DNA from: Lama glama
Lineage: Eukaryota
Direction: 5' to 3'
Assembly (NCBI GenBank): GCA_028534125.1
Contig: CM052816.1
Location: forward strand, 84,818,001-84,881,920
DNA: 63,920 nt
Program-made: the position numbers and the translations under genes
Shown here: positions 28,980 to 42,245 of the stretch, piece by piece
Numbering within the stretch: the first letter of the stretch is position 1
Layout: every line of letters begins with the position of its first letter
The notes under the pieces: model-generated
Databases searched by the model: none
Told to the model about the DNA's origin: nothing
What the model saw: the letters and a program-made list of their open reading frames with translations, nothing else

Positions 28980-30267
28980 TGTACAGGGTACAATAACAGG
29001 TATTTCTAAAGTACAGTTTTAAAAGCCAACATCTGGTTAAGAAAACAGAGGCTACTAAATGTATCCCAGTTAGGTAATATCAGGACTAGGGCTTATAGCA
29101 CAATTGGGAATACTGAGGAAGCTAAGGTCAAAAATGCCACCATCCAAGTTCAGAAAAGTTGTATTGTAAAGCATGGAAGCCACTATCGAATATTTTTACC
29201 TAAAGCTCCAAAATGGACATTTCTCAAGAGTTTACTGGAAAGACTCTGTTGAATCTTGTCTACTCTTGTTTCTAGTTGTAAATAACTCTAGAGAATAATG
29301 TTTTTTCCTTCCCTTCTGCTTTCCAAATCTTATGAAAGTACCTCTTGTTGTCAAGCACTAATCTGGAATCACACAGGAAAAGGGATTTGGAGAAAAGTAG
29401 TTCCTGGCATTTCTTATGAGGTACAGAGATTGACGATCATAGAAGGAGGTCATTGTGATGTCAAATTGAAAACAGACATAAAACAAATTAACCCTTCACC
29501 CATTCAGTATCCACACACACACCTCTTTTAACTATAATTAATTTCAGAATACAGCAAAAAATGTATATATTATTCTTCCAAAGTCGATGCAACTATTCCT
29601 TGTACAACCAAAAATGTACATGTGCCGTCCCTAAAAATGGAGACACTAAGCTCTGTATTTGAATTTATCCATCTCTGAGTGATGATCATATGATTTAGTA
29701 GCTTAATCACAACAATTCTTAAATGTACTTAAATTTAAATATTGAATTACACAATTATATTCACAGTATATGAATAATGACATTATATTAATTTAAGGTT
29801 ACTGTGTAAAGGGACCATTAGTTTTGTATAATTTATGAATAACAAAAGGAGAAAGAAAATATGCTTAGCTACTATTATCTTCATTTTTGCAACTGGCTAT
29901 GTGGCCAGAATATGTATTTATAATTTCTTTATACCACTGTGCATTACTTGTTTCCTTTCCCCTCGTTTGGAATCTCAGTTGGCTGCAATTTTTTTTTTAA
30001 CCTAGAGATAGTTAACTAAAAACTTTGTTCCTAACGGGGATTTTATATTAAATATCCTGCCTGCAATGAATGATGAAATTTTTATTAATTTTTATCTAAG
30101 GGCATGGGATAATAAGAGAAGGCTCAGAGAATCTACTGGGTTGCAGACATATTCTTTCTTGCTCCCATTTCATAGTAATAATTCTACCCCTCCTCATAAC
30201 TATGACCAATCCCTTCAGACAGTAACTCTTTTTGGTCTATAATTGCAGTGACAAGGGTATTCCAAAA
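28980..30267 (-). mobile_element. Old ERV-L/MaLR-like LTR plus 3' internal fragment, cut by the gap
   Basis: LTR-like end (CTAATCTGGAATCACACAGGAAAAGGGATTTGGAGAAAAGTAGTTC). The stretch near 30130-30267 resembles the ERV-L dUTPase region on the minus strand. Confidence 0.5.
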
Positions 30268-30767
30268 NNNNNNNNNNNNNNNNNNNNNNNNNNNNNNNNN
30301 NNNNNNNNNNNNNNNNNNNNNNNNNNNNNNNNNNNNNNNNNNNNNNNNNNNNNNNNNNNNNNNNNNNNNNNNNNNNNNNNNNNNNNNNNNNNNNNNNNNN
30401 NNNNNNNNNNNNNNNNNNNNNNNNNNNNNNNNNNNNNNNNNNNNNNNNNNNNNNNNNNNNNNNNNNNNNNNNNNNNNNNNNNNNNNNNNNNNNNNNNNNN
30501 NNNNNNNNNNNNNNNNNNNNNNNNNNNNNNNNNNNNNNNNNNNNNNNNNNNNNNNNNNNNNNNNNNNNNNNNNNNNNNNNNNNNNNNNNNNNNNNNNNNN
30601 NNNNNNNNNNNNNNNNNNNNNNNNNNNNNNNNNNNNNNNNNNNNNNNNNNNNNNNNNNNNNNNNNNNNNNNNNNNNNNNNNNNNNNNNNNNNNNNNNNNN
30701 NNNNNNNNNNNNNNNNNNNNNNNNNNNNNNNNNNNNNNNNNNNNNNNNNNNNNNNNNNNNNNNNNNN
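30268..30767. other. Assembly gap (500 N)
   Basis: Exactly 500 Ns, consistent with a fixed-size scaffolding spacer. Confidence 0.99.
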
Positions 30768-33700
30768 TTTCTGATTTAAATTTGCTTAAGCATGCATGAA
30801 GTTTGCATTCTACTTTTAAGAAGCAGATCAGAATTGCTGATAAGGTTTGTACACACACACACACACATGCACAAATGATAACTTCTAGTACCAGCAATGG
30901 TTGGAAAGTAATTTAGTCATGTACAGTGGGAATGTAAACTGTGTCAAACTTTTGAGAAAATATCTGGCAGCATAAATTAACATTAAACATGTGCGTTACC
31001 TTTGACACATCAAACCAGAATTTTGAATTCTAACAGAAATGATAACACTACACATATACTTTGTAAAAAGGTTGTGGGAGAACACAAGAAAGAAATTAAA
31101 TGTCTATCAGTGAGGAATAGTTGACCTTTTCTATATCCATTCAACGGAATTAAAATACCACACATCCATGTCCAGTCATCATAACTAAGTATAGAAGCAA
31201 GTTGCATAATTAGATACACAAGAGGAAATGGAAGGGTGGAGAGGGGCGGGGAAGAGAGGAGGAGAGGAGAGAGACAATTGAAAAAAATATCAAAGGAAAA
31301 AGAAGAGGTAGCTACTAAATTGCCCAAACTGGAGACCTCATGGGCCAAGATGATACCATAATCATACTTTAAAAAATTTTTAAAAACAAATAAGCAAAAA
31401 CTAAAGTGTAAACAGAACATACACATGGATTCTTAATGAAGAATTAAAAACCTTCATTTAAATACAGAATATGAGGGAAAGGAACAAACTTCTTCCTCTC
31501 TCACTCAAATATATAATTATAAACATAATCAACATTTAACAGGCTCAGCCTCTGAAAATTCATCAGTCACTTTTTCTGGACTTTCTATTGTCCACATGGA
31601 ATATACTATTCACTTTAATAAATTGATAAAGAGAGTTATAGTAATGTTTTCCTCCTAAATTCTTTGGGTAGACAGCAATGACATACTCAAAAAAAAAAAA
31701 AAAGAAGTCTTTGTGAACTCAATGTTCTTTGTGAAACCATTTTATAAAATGTATCTTACCTGTAAAATACAAATCACTTTTTTCCCTTTAATACTCAAAT
31801 GGTTACCAGATCATCCAATATCATTGTTTAAAAAGATCACTGAAAAGTTAGGAATTTAAATAAATGCAGAAGTTCACAGTCAAAGCTAAACTTACATTTA
31901 AATTTCACTTTAAGAATTTACTTGATCTAGAATAAGAGAAACATTTTCCAGTTTCTCAAATTTACTTTCAATTTACAGCATTATAAAGTTAAATTTCAAC
32001 TATTTTTCAATTGAATTTTAAGTGATTACATAGTTATGTTATAATCCAATTGCTGACAGGCTCTTAGCATCTTGATGTCCATTATTCATTTCTGCTACAA
32101 GGAAAATCAAACTAAAAACTTTTTCTCTTATAATTCACACTGTTCAATACCTGACTTATTTTAAGACAATGGAAAGGAATAGTTATACATAAACTGATTT
32201 GATTTAATGGTCATTCAGACATGATTGGGGAAGAAATAATTTGATACAATGTAGAAGAAAAGGCTTACCTGTTTGTCTGGGGGCAAGGGAGACTACAGCT
32301 AGGCAGATGCACAGATACTTCCCTTTGGTATTTTGCTATTTCAGAAACTAAGCAGAGCTAATACAACCTCATCTTTTTATGTCCACTAACTTCCCTTGGG
32401 TTTTCATTCTTCCTCTGTATCCTTCTAGAAGCTGTTTCTGTGTAATTATTCTTCATACACCTTGGCCTTTTGTTAAGATACAGAAAAGGCAATATGTCAA
32501 ATTTTATTTTTCTAGTTTCTTAGTTTTCTAGTTTCCAAGTAGTTGATTATATAATCTAATTTTGTGACATTTTGTACCTTAGTCCAAAAATTGGTATATC
32601 TAAGGAACTGGAAAAACACTTATTTGCACATCGAAATTAAATTGCCAACATAGATACAATGATTTTATGGTTAGTTGCTATTTGCCAATAATATGTCCCA
32701 AAGTAGAAATCACTCTAAGTGAAGAAGAGGGGGAAAAAATTTTAAAAAAATACATAGAGAGAGACAATGACATTTCTACACAAAGAAATTTGAAAGATCA
32801 ATGTAGTAGCATGCCTAGTCTCAGTGTGTTTGAGAGTTTGAGTTTAGATAATCATCGGTAAAATGCATTTGTGCATTTTTGGTTTAATCAGTAGTATTAC
32901 ACAGTGGCAGGAGAGAAGTCTCAGGGTGCTGACATCAGAAAATAATATATTAATTGTGTGATTGATTAAATGTTTGAAATAGAAAACTTAAGTCTATTGT
33001 CAAATGCAGTATCAGTGAGGAGCCTAATTCCACTTTCATACTAGAACAATAGAGATACACAACTCTGCTTAAATTTGTCTCAGTGTGCAGTTCTTAATTA
33101 AATACATTGTCACAGGTGCCTTTCCTACTTCTAAATTAGTGATTAGCAAAAGAATAATTTCACCTAAATGGTATGAATTACTATTCAAAGGGAATAATTA
33201 CTTTATATATGTATATATAAATGATCCGCACTTAACTTTTAGAGAAAATTTTGATTAAAATTATGCGTACATGTTCATAAAGATTTGTAAGACCTTGTTT
33301 GATTGTATACCTTACAGTTTTATGAATTTTTAGTGGTAACAGTCACACGGTACTACTTCCATGATACAAACATATTTTATGTACATGCTTTCTAATTCTG
33401 AAAAATTCTAAATATATTATTTACTTTTTCAGAGTGTCATGTTTTTTTCTTGAGGTTAGGAGTTACATTTTAAGAAATTAGTAATATATATTTTCTAAAA
33501 ATTTATATATGTGTGTGTCTGTATATGTGTATTAAGAGAGTGCATTTAAATTAATTCACTTTGATGATTCTATTATATTAATCTGGATTATACAGAATTA
33601 AAAGCTTTTCTCTTATTTCCTATTGTCTTAGTATGTCATCTGCACAATTTAAAGTAATAATAATTTTGCTAACACTTTCATTCAAGTGGAGAATTACTTG

Positions 33701-33959
33701 GTTTTGGTTAGTGGAAAGAATTTGGATTCTACAGTTTTAGAGAAACAGGTTTCTGGTAGTGGATTCATGACTACCTATTATGGAAACTTTCTCTATCTCA
33801 GATGTTGTTTGTTTGTTTTTTAAACCTTACATTGGAATACAGTTAGAATAATGTGAGATACTTCACCTAAGGCACTAAATATATCAAGCCAATATTGCTT
33901 AAGAAATCAAATATATTATTATACTTTTTATTCACATGGTCATTTATTTTTTACCTAAC

Positions 33960-34310
33960 AGGTATTAATCAATCACCCCACTCCCTTGTACCTGTAACAG
34001 GGAGAGATATAGGAATACAAACAAAAGGAGAAAATACATTCTGTTTGAAAAGTGTATGGTCTAGTATGTGATATAATAAACACAAATAAATGCTAATAAA
34101 GTATTCTGTTTAGTGCTTTTTGGAGCATAAAGCAAGAAGCTCTTAACTCTGCCTAAGCAGTGAGGAGAACAATTAAAGAGAAGGTGATGTTTGAGCTGTC
34201 TTAAGAGTTGAATATGTGTTCTTTAGGTAGACTAAGTTTGAAGGTAGAATGGGCAGGCAGGGAGAGAATAAATAGAACTGGAAACTTTCTAGGCAGAGGG
34301 ACTAACATAC
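33960..34310 (-). mobile_element. L2 fragment
   Basis: AGAGAAGGTGATGTTTGAGCTG...TCTAGGCAGAGGGACTAACAT, an antisense L2 signature. Confidence 0.65.
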
Positions 34311-34399
34311 GGAGGTTAAAAAAAAAAAACTACTTATTTTCAGCTACCTGAAAATAAGAGCACATGGCTTAGATTCAAGCACGTGTGCAAGAGATGAGA

Positions 34400-36520
34400 T
34401 TTTAAACCAAAAGAAGTCACATAAGCCGTCTGCTAAAAAAATAAGGGCTAACAGTAGCAGATCTGTGAGATACCCCTTCCCAACTTGATGTTAATTTAAC
34501 AGAGCACCAATTTTTCTCTAAGACAATAGCCAATTTAGTGCCATGATAGTTGAGAGATAAGGAAAGCACGGAAAGTAAACTTCTCCTTTATCTTAGCTTT
34601 TTCCCTGGGTGTTTTCCAAAGGTGCACAGGAAAATGGAGTATAAAAAGAAAGTAACTATATTGCTACATGGATGAAACAAAGATTGGAAACCAGGGTAGC
34701 CAGGGCAACTAAATTTTGAAGACAGGATACGAGACAGGTGGAGACTACACACAAAGATTCTCCAAAATCTATATAAAAATTCCCTGAGTGTCTGTGGCTA
34801 TAGATATTCAAGGCAAAACTCTGGGATGCCTAGGACAGAAGAGATGCTGGTAGGCTTAGAGTCAAATGGAAATGCCAGAGTTATCACAGTGCTGAAATAT
34901 ATTTGTGTATGAACCCAGACAGAAAGGAGATAACACTGAAGATTCTGAGTATCTAGTTGAGACTCTCCAACGCACTAGGAGAAGTATCAGACAGAAATAC
35001 GTCTGCCTTAATGGGCCTAAAATCAAATTTCCACAGGATCCAAGTGATCTATGAGAATTAGACTGCATATCAGAGCAAATAGCAATACCCTTCAGAAGAA
35101 GACAGCATAATCCCAATTCTCAGGACATATTATTCACAATGCTCAGTACACAATAAAAATCACTACATGTGCTAGGAGATAAAACATTCAAGTGATATTC
35201 AGGAGGTGAAACTGTCAATAGAAGTATACTTGAAAATAATGCAGATATTGAAGTAAGCACAAGCATCAAAACAATGAGGATTAATTTATTAAATAGAGAA
35301 AATAGTTGACAGAGTGGTTTAATATGTTGAGTTAACACCAGGCTAGTACTAGCAAATACGACTAGAAAATCTTGAAGACAGCAAGGAAAAACAGTCTATC
35401 CAAACACAAGCGAAAAAATGGAAAGGAGAGTGAATATAAGAGAAATGTAGCATATGATGAAATACTAACAAACATATGATTGAGGTCCTAGAAGCAGAGA
35501 GTAAGAGAATGAAACAGACACAGTTTTTTAAAAGAAATAATAAAAAATGATTTCCCAAATATAAACATAGATGTCAAACTACCTTTTCAAGGAAGTGAAT
35601 AAATAAACCACAAGAAGAAACGCAGAGAAAACTACACCTAGGAAAAACACAACCAAACATCAGAGAATGAAATATGAGAGTAAATTTTAACATCAGCCAG
35701 AGAAAAATAAATATTATCTTTCATGATCAATAATAAGAAAGAAAACTGAGTTCTCCACTGAAACTGTCTCAGCAGAAGGCAAAGAAACGTTATCTTTCAA
35801 GTGATGAAAGAAAACAGAATGGTTACCAAAGAATTCTATATCCAGCAAAAATACCCTTCAAAAATGAATAAAAAAAAAATAGTCTCAAAAAAAAAAAAAA
35901 AAGCTAAAGGAATTTGTTTTCAGGTGCACTGCCACTATGGAAAATGCTGTATCTCAACTGGAAGCAGATAAATCTAAGAAGCAAACAATATTGGAAGTGG
36001 TAAATATATGACTACATTTAAAATTCTATTCACTGTGTGAGACAGTATTAAATACTATGTCTTATGTTTTATAAAAATATGCAGAATTAAAACATATAAC
36101 AATTGCACAAAATGTAGGCACAGTGAAGAATGAAGGTATTCCATTATCATTCTTTTTTCATTGTTTTATATGCTTTAAAATACTAATATGTTGTCTCTGA
36201 TAATAAAAATATATATTGTTTTCTCTAACGTATTAAAACTGCATTTTCTAAGATAACCAGTGGGAGATAGTAACAAAAGGTGTAGGAAAATAGCTAGTGG
36301 AAAACAGAAAACAAAATTTAAAAAACCCTAATATAAAGAATGTCAAGAAAAGGAGAATAAAGGAGAAAATGACAAACAGAAAACAAAGAGCAACATGGTA
36401 GATTTGGACTCAACTATACTAGTAATTTCATTATATGTGAATTACCTAAACGTCCACATTAAAACTCAAATATTGTCCCACAAGATTTTTAAAAAGCTAA
36501 GTCAAACTATTTTAAACACA
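34400..36520 (+). mobile_element. Ancient L1 5' part (ORF1 relic to start of ORF2)
   Basis: AGAATTCTATATCCAGCAAAAATACCCTTCAAAAATGAA translates as RILYPAKIPFKNE (ORF1p C-terminal domain). ACACCTAGG and GCCAGAGAAAAA motifs lie upstream. Confidence 0.8.
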
Positions 36521-37189
36521 TATACTCATTAAATGTAATTAATTATATATGAAGTTGACACACCCAGAGTCATGCCTTACTATAGAAATGTGCATTATAT
36601 AAAGCACCAATCTAACATTGATGACATTACACTACAATTTTCTTATTACTGGGATTCTTGCCCCACAGGTCAGGAGACGGGCTCTCATGCTGTACATTGC
36701 AGAAGTTCAGTAAATACAATTTGTATTTTCTCCTTTAGCTTTTTTTCTATAACAATGTTGGCAGATTCTCCCTTCTCTATATGCAAAAGAGTGATTTTTC
36801 CAATCATCGTATCCTTGTCACATTTTGCATAATTGAGTTAATATTCCATGAGCAGACTTAGTCAGTGTTAGCTCTCAGTGTTATTCTGGAATCCCAAAGT
36901 GAAAAAAACAATCAGACATCCGACACTTCAGCTGTGAGTAAACTGATGTACAACCAAATGCTTAGTCTTGGCCCAGGAGCAAAACTGGAGGGACAGTCAG
37001 TCTCAAATAGGATGATATAAGGCCACTGGCACCAGAATAATTCTAGCCTGGGACCTTGTCCCTGTAGCTGCACTTCTGCCTATTTTAAAAGCAAAACTTC
37101 CAAACTTGACACCAGTCACTTAACACTTCATTCTCTATAGCAATGCCATTGCCTCGTTTGGTCCTCACAGAGATCCTATGATTGTTTCC

Positions 37190-37610
37190 TCCTTTGTTGT
37201 GTGAAAACTGAGGCTGTGAGGCATTGGGTAACTCACTTAGATTCACACAGCTAGCACATGTAAAACTTGAATCATTACCTAAATTATCAAACCCATTCTG
37301 CTGAAGGGTAGGCTATGAGAAGAAAATCAGAAAGGTGTGCTCAGAACATGTACTCTGATGTTCCTGTGTGTACAACACACTAAAAATAACAAAAGTGTCA
37401 AAGAGTAAAACAGATCTGAGTTCAACCACAGCCATGTTACCTGCTCGCTGTGTCATTTAGCTGTTACGTTTGACCGTTTCTGAGCCTACTGTTCTTTCTT
37501 TGTAAGGTAAGAAAACTCATGCATGCCTTTTTGTATTATTGAGGAAATCCAATGAGGTGAATTTAGGAGGTACCTAGCACGATAACTATCACGGTGGGTT
37601 TTCAAACTAT
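37190..37610. mobile_element. Two MIR fragments (37190-37290 minus; 37395-37610 plus)
   Basis: GAAAACTGAGGCTGTGAG...CACACAGCTAG, and CAGATCTGAGTTCAA...CTCGCTGTGTC...TTTCTGAGCCT. Confidence 0.65.
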
Positions 37611-37949
37611 TGTTTAAAAATAACACCAATTATACTTAAAGCAAAACAAAAGTACGGTCCAGTTATTCTGTATGCATTTTTCATTTTAAGACTAGAAGTT
37701 AATATATAGGTACTAAGATATTAATATTTACACACAATAGCTGAAACTATAAAATTGAAGTTTGACTACTATTACATTTCCTTTTAAGGTGTGTTTGTAA
37801 TAATGGTTACTCTAGCTTTGCTTGTTAAATTATGCTGCTGTATAGATAAGGTTAGCAATATTTTGCAGATAATGTGATTGTAGACAGCACTTCCATCTAG
37901 AAAACAAAAAAATGAGGTCTTATATATTAACCAGTTGGCTAATTTAAAC

Positions 37950-38330
37950 ATTAGAAGGTCCCTTCTATGAGCCTTACTATATACCAGGCATGAAATAATG
38001 TATGTGCTGGTAATATCACAATATGTGAATAAGACAAGATTTTAGTCTCCAAGGAGCTTACTCTCTGATGAAGGGAAGTGGACCTGTCTCCTTCCAAGAG
38101 ACAGAAAGAAATGTATGCCCATTACTGATATCTGAAGAGGAGTGGTAAATCGTTACTCTTGCATGAAGGATACCTTCACAGAAGAGATGGCACTTACGCT
38201 GTCTTGAAGGATTAGAAAAAAAAAATACAGAGAGCAGTAAGAGTTCCTTGGCAGAAGGAACAGTGTAGTATCCGAAATATGCAAAACAAAGAAAGAGGAG
38301 CACATTCAAGGAAGGGTGAAAAGTTGCGTA
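37950..38330 (-). mobile_element. L2 fragment
   Basis: GAGCCTTACTATATACCAGGCA...GTGAATAAGACAAG...CAAGGAGCTTACTCTCT. Confidence 0.6.
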
Positions 38331-38473
38331 AGTTCCATTCGCTTCGTACTGGGACTGGAAGCACTGGCGCCTGAAGCCTTCAGAGCCCTCTAGACATCAC
38401 ATGATAGACTCTCTCCTGAACATAACACTGGGCCTGAATTTGCAAGCCCATTTTCAGGTCAACTCCTAAGCCT

Positions 38474-38636
38474 GTGGTTGTTATCTGACGGATCTGCTCA
38501 TTGGAATCACCAGGGAAGCCAAGGGAATTGACAGGGCTCTGGGTTTTATTTACATTGGAACAACTGAATCAGAATCTCAGGATGAGAAACTTATGCTTAG
38601 GTGATTCTCATGTGTGACCAGGGCCAAGAGCCAGTG
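38474..38636. mobile_element. MER5-like hAT fragment
   Basis: CATTGGAATCACCAGGGAAGC, ACTGAATCAGAATCTC and AGGTGATTCTCATGTG motifs. Confidence 0.6.
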
Positions 38637-41600
38637 ACCATATTACTCCAACCAGGGTTAGATGCTAACAGACAGCAGATAAGAGTCAGAAGTCTTTCCT
38701 TTCTGTTGGTTTAAAAAGAAAATTTCTCAAGATCATCTTCACTCTGCAGGGTATAAATTATCCCTTTGGTGTCTTAAGAAACTCGGACTTTCCACTCTGG
38801 TGTTTCAGTGCTTCTAGCAAAGTACTGTGTGTGAAGATATTCTTTAAGGGTTTGCTTATGTATGGAGATGATGTTAAAGTCACTGTTTAAATCAGAGCAC
38901 TTATTTTTTTGGGGGCAGTGCACTTAAGATATATACACATATATTTATAATATGCTAACTGTAATTTTTGTACAATTTATAATATATTTATTACAATTAT
39001 AAAATGTTGATATGTGATACACATTGTGGAACACACAATATAAAAATTTGCAAAGATTAAATAATTATTAATTTAACAGTATTATAAAATTAAAAAACTC
39101 TAAAAGAAAAAATAAAAGAGTGACAATACAAATTAGATTTTTATCTTTAAAGGACATGGGAAAAAATTAAAAGGACATCATTAGCTGAAAGCTTTGCAAG
39201 ACATTTATATTAAAGGCATGGATGGAAGTATCCCTATGAACCACCTACTTGAAAATAATTGCTACTAACTAACTCAAAACACAACACACACACAGAGATA
39301 AGTATTAGCTTACTTAATGGGAAATATTTTTCTACTTCAAATTCTCTACATTTTCTGCTATTTGCATGGGAAAGCTCCTATTTTGAAGCTTTGAGATATT
39401 GTCTATTATAAAGCTATTTGATTTTTTAAAAAATCACCGTTTTTGGAATCTAAATTGTTAATGCCAAGCTTTTCAACATCAAAGTTTCTCAATTTATATT
39501 TTTCTTTTCAAATTTGGTGGAGCAAATGACATTATTTTTTGTTCTTCAATGCATTAATAAACTAAAACCTACATGTAGAACCTGCATAACCCTGAAAATC
39601 GAACAGAGATGTGTAATTTCACTCCTTTCTGATATACAAATGAAACACAGTCCAAGAAAGAAAATAGCAGAAAAGGAGAAGATAGTAAGCGAACTTCAGA
39701 AACTTGAAAGTAGGTGAATGAGTGTTTTACCAAGAAAAACAAATCCTAAAATTTCATTTCAGAAATCTGATACAAACTTTTTAAAGAAGAAAATGTCCAT
39801 AAATATATAAAAGATCATATTTAGCAGCCTTTCAAACAATATGATTATAAATTGACTTGTAGAGATGTTCACAACATATTAAGTAGAAAATCAAACTTCA
39901 GAGATGGTAATGAAATATGCTGTTTATTTTTAATTAAAATACTCACGGTACATGTAAACAATATAGGTAGAGAGATCGATAGATATAAATAGGTGATAGA
40001 GACACAGATACATAGGTACAAAGATAGATACATAGGTTAGACAAACGAATAGACAGATTTTTAAACTTGATTACATTAGGTACAAAAATGGTTAAGAGGC
40101 TGTTACTGTCAGTACCTACATCAAAGGAAGGGGTAGTGAAAGAAAAGAGGGACGGGGTGAGGAAAAATAAGGGGAAAAGAAGAAGTATTAAAACAAAAAT
40201 TTTAAAGTATCCACGATAAAAATAATATACAGGATACGATCCCATTTATTTAAAATGATTGTATGAATGGTTTGTTACATACTAACTGATAGCAAAAGGA
40301 ATTTTTTTTAATTTGAGTGTTATCAAGTGATTTTATTCCATTTGACTTTTAGGATAAGTATACAGTGTTTATCTACAAGCTTATAACATTATTTTAATTA
40401 AAAAATAAAATAATGACTTATTCATTAAATTTTCATTATGTTTGAAACTTGTATAAGGCTCATAATGTACCATTTACTGGCTAACTTCTCTGCTTTTTCA
40501 TGTGCTAAAGGAATACAAAGATGAGTAAAATTTTAGGGGTTTTAAAAATATGTCTTTAATGTAGGTGTCAGGGTAATTTCTGTTACACCATATTATTGTT
40601 AGAATACTTATCTGACTAACATAATCTGGACAAGCATTTGTTAAATATTTCCAAAGATTTACTGATGAACCAGAAAACAAAAGCTTTAAAATGTGTTTAA
40701 TACTTATCGATCATTTATAAATTGGCATGCTCTTCTAACCGAATTCTTTATTAGACTTATTCTAAATTAGATACACATTTCCTCTGTTCAACATCATATA
40801 AAAATATCTTTAGCAAGAATAAACATTTTAGGTATAATTCTATACTGTGTAGAAACTTTGTGGATGAGAAATCTCTCTAGGGGATACACAATATTCCAGT
40901 GACCTTTGGTCATCCATCAGTGAGTTTTGATATGCTTCGTTGCCAATAGGCAGTTGAAGGAAGCTCTTTGGTGCTTAAGAGAATGGACATCGAACTTAAA
41001 TAGAACTGGTTTCTACTTCTGGTTCCATTAACTACCTGAGCTAAACAAATTTCGACAAACAACTTCATTGACTGTCAGTCATCAGTATCCTTACACTATA
41101 TCAAGTAAAAACAAAATCCACCTTGTAGCATTGTTTTAAGACATTTGTAAAATGCTTTTAGTTATTAATGCAAATATACAATAAATTAAAGTCATTTTAT
41201 TATTATAATTAGTTGTATAATTATTACTAATGATAGCAGTAGCAGTTGCCATAGAAATAACAGAGGTATTCAGGTCATAATAATAACTATAAGCAGAATT
41301 AAAAAAAAATAGTAGAGAACCCACATAAGCCAGCCATGTTCTGCATGGTTTATGAATATCTAAGGATAGACGCAAGGCTTCTGAGAACTTCTGAAACTTC
41401 CATCACCTATATAAAGAATGGAATATGTTGAAGCTTTTCAAACTATGATGAAGAAAAAAGAACTACAAACACTAACTCTGACTCCAAAATTCTACTTCGC
41501 TGTATTATTTGTGTAAGGATCACTCCATGCTCTCAGAGTCTGTCTATGGGTCACATAGTTCATTGCCGCAAACACGATATAAAGTCCCCTCCCTTTTCTT

Positions 41601-41940
41601 TTTATCACCATCCTCCAAAAAAGTATCACTCACCAGAAGAGGCAGTTTGTGTGGAGTCATGAATCAAGAGCAGAACAGAGAGTACACAAGAAAGTGGTTT
41701 TAATAATGGGTCCTGGGATCAAACCTGAGCCAAGAGTTAGAATCTCAGAGGGGAGATAAACACTGAAAGAAGATATGTGGTCAATGGAGGAGAGGTCCTG
41801 AAGGAGAGGTAGAAATGCTGGCATAAGTCACAGAGAGATTGACTTGAACGTAGGAGTCAGAATAACAAAATCAAAGCAAGGAGGAGTCAAGGTGTTGTGT
41901 GGATCATCTAAGTGGTTGCTGAATTTACTAAAAATGATGA

Positions 41941-42245
41941 CACTTGTTGAAGAGACTGTCTTTTCTTCACTGTATATCTTTCTCCTTTGTTGTTGATTAA
42001 TCGACCATAGATTCATATGTGGATTTATTTCTGGGCTCTCTATTCTGTTCCACTGATCCATATGTCTTTTTTTTTTTTTTTGCCAGTACCAGGATATTTT
42101 TATTACTGTAACTTTATAGTATAGTCTGAAGTCTGGGAGGGTGATACCTCCAGCTTTATTCTTTTTCTCAAGATTGCTTTGGCAATTTGGGGTCTTATGT
42201 AGTTCCACATATATTTTAGGATTATTTGCTCTAGTTCTGTGAAAC
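41941..42245 (-). mobile_element. Inverted 5' segment of an L1 (ORF2)
   Basis: The minus ORF contains [28 protein letters not shown]...[13 protein letters not shown]. Confidence 0.92.

Noticed and set aside
30184..30897. Long ORFs of 180-237 aa
   Set aside because: Artefacts of translating through the N gap.
31010..31426. 138-aa hydrophobic minus-strand ORF
   Set aside because: It is the antisense reading of purine-rich, probably old L1-derived low-complexity sequence.
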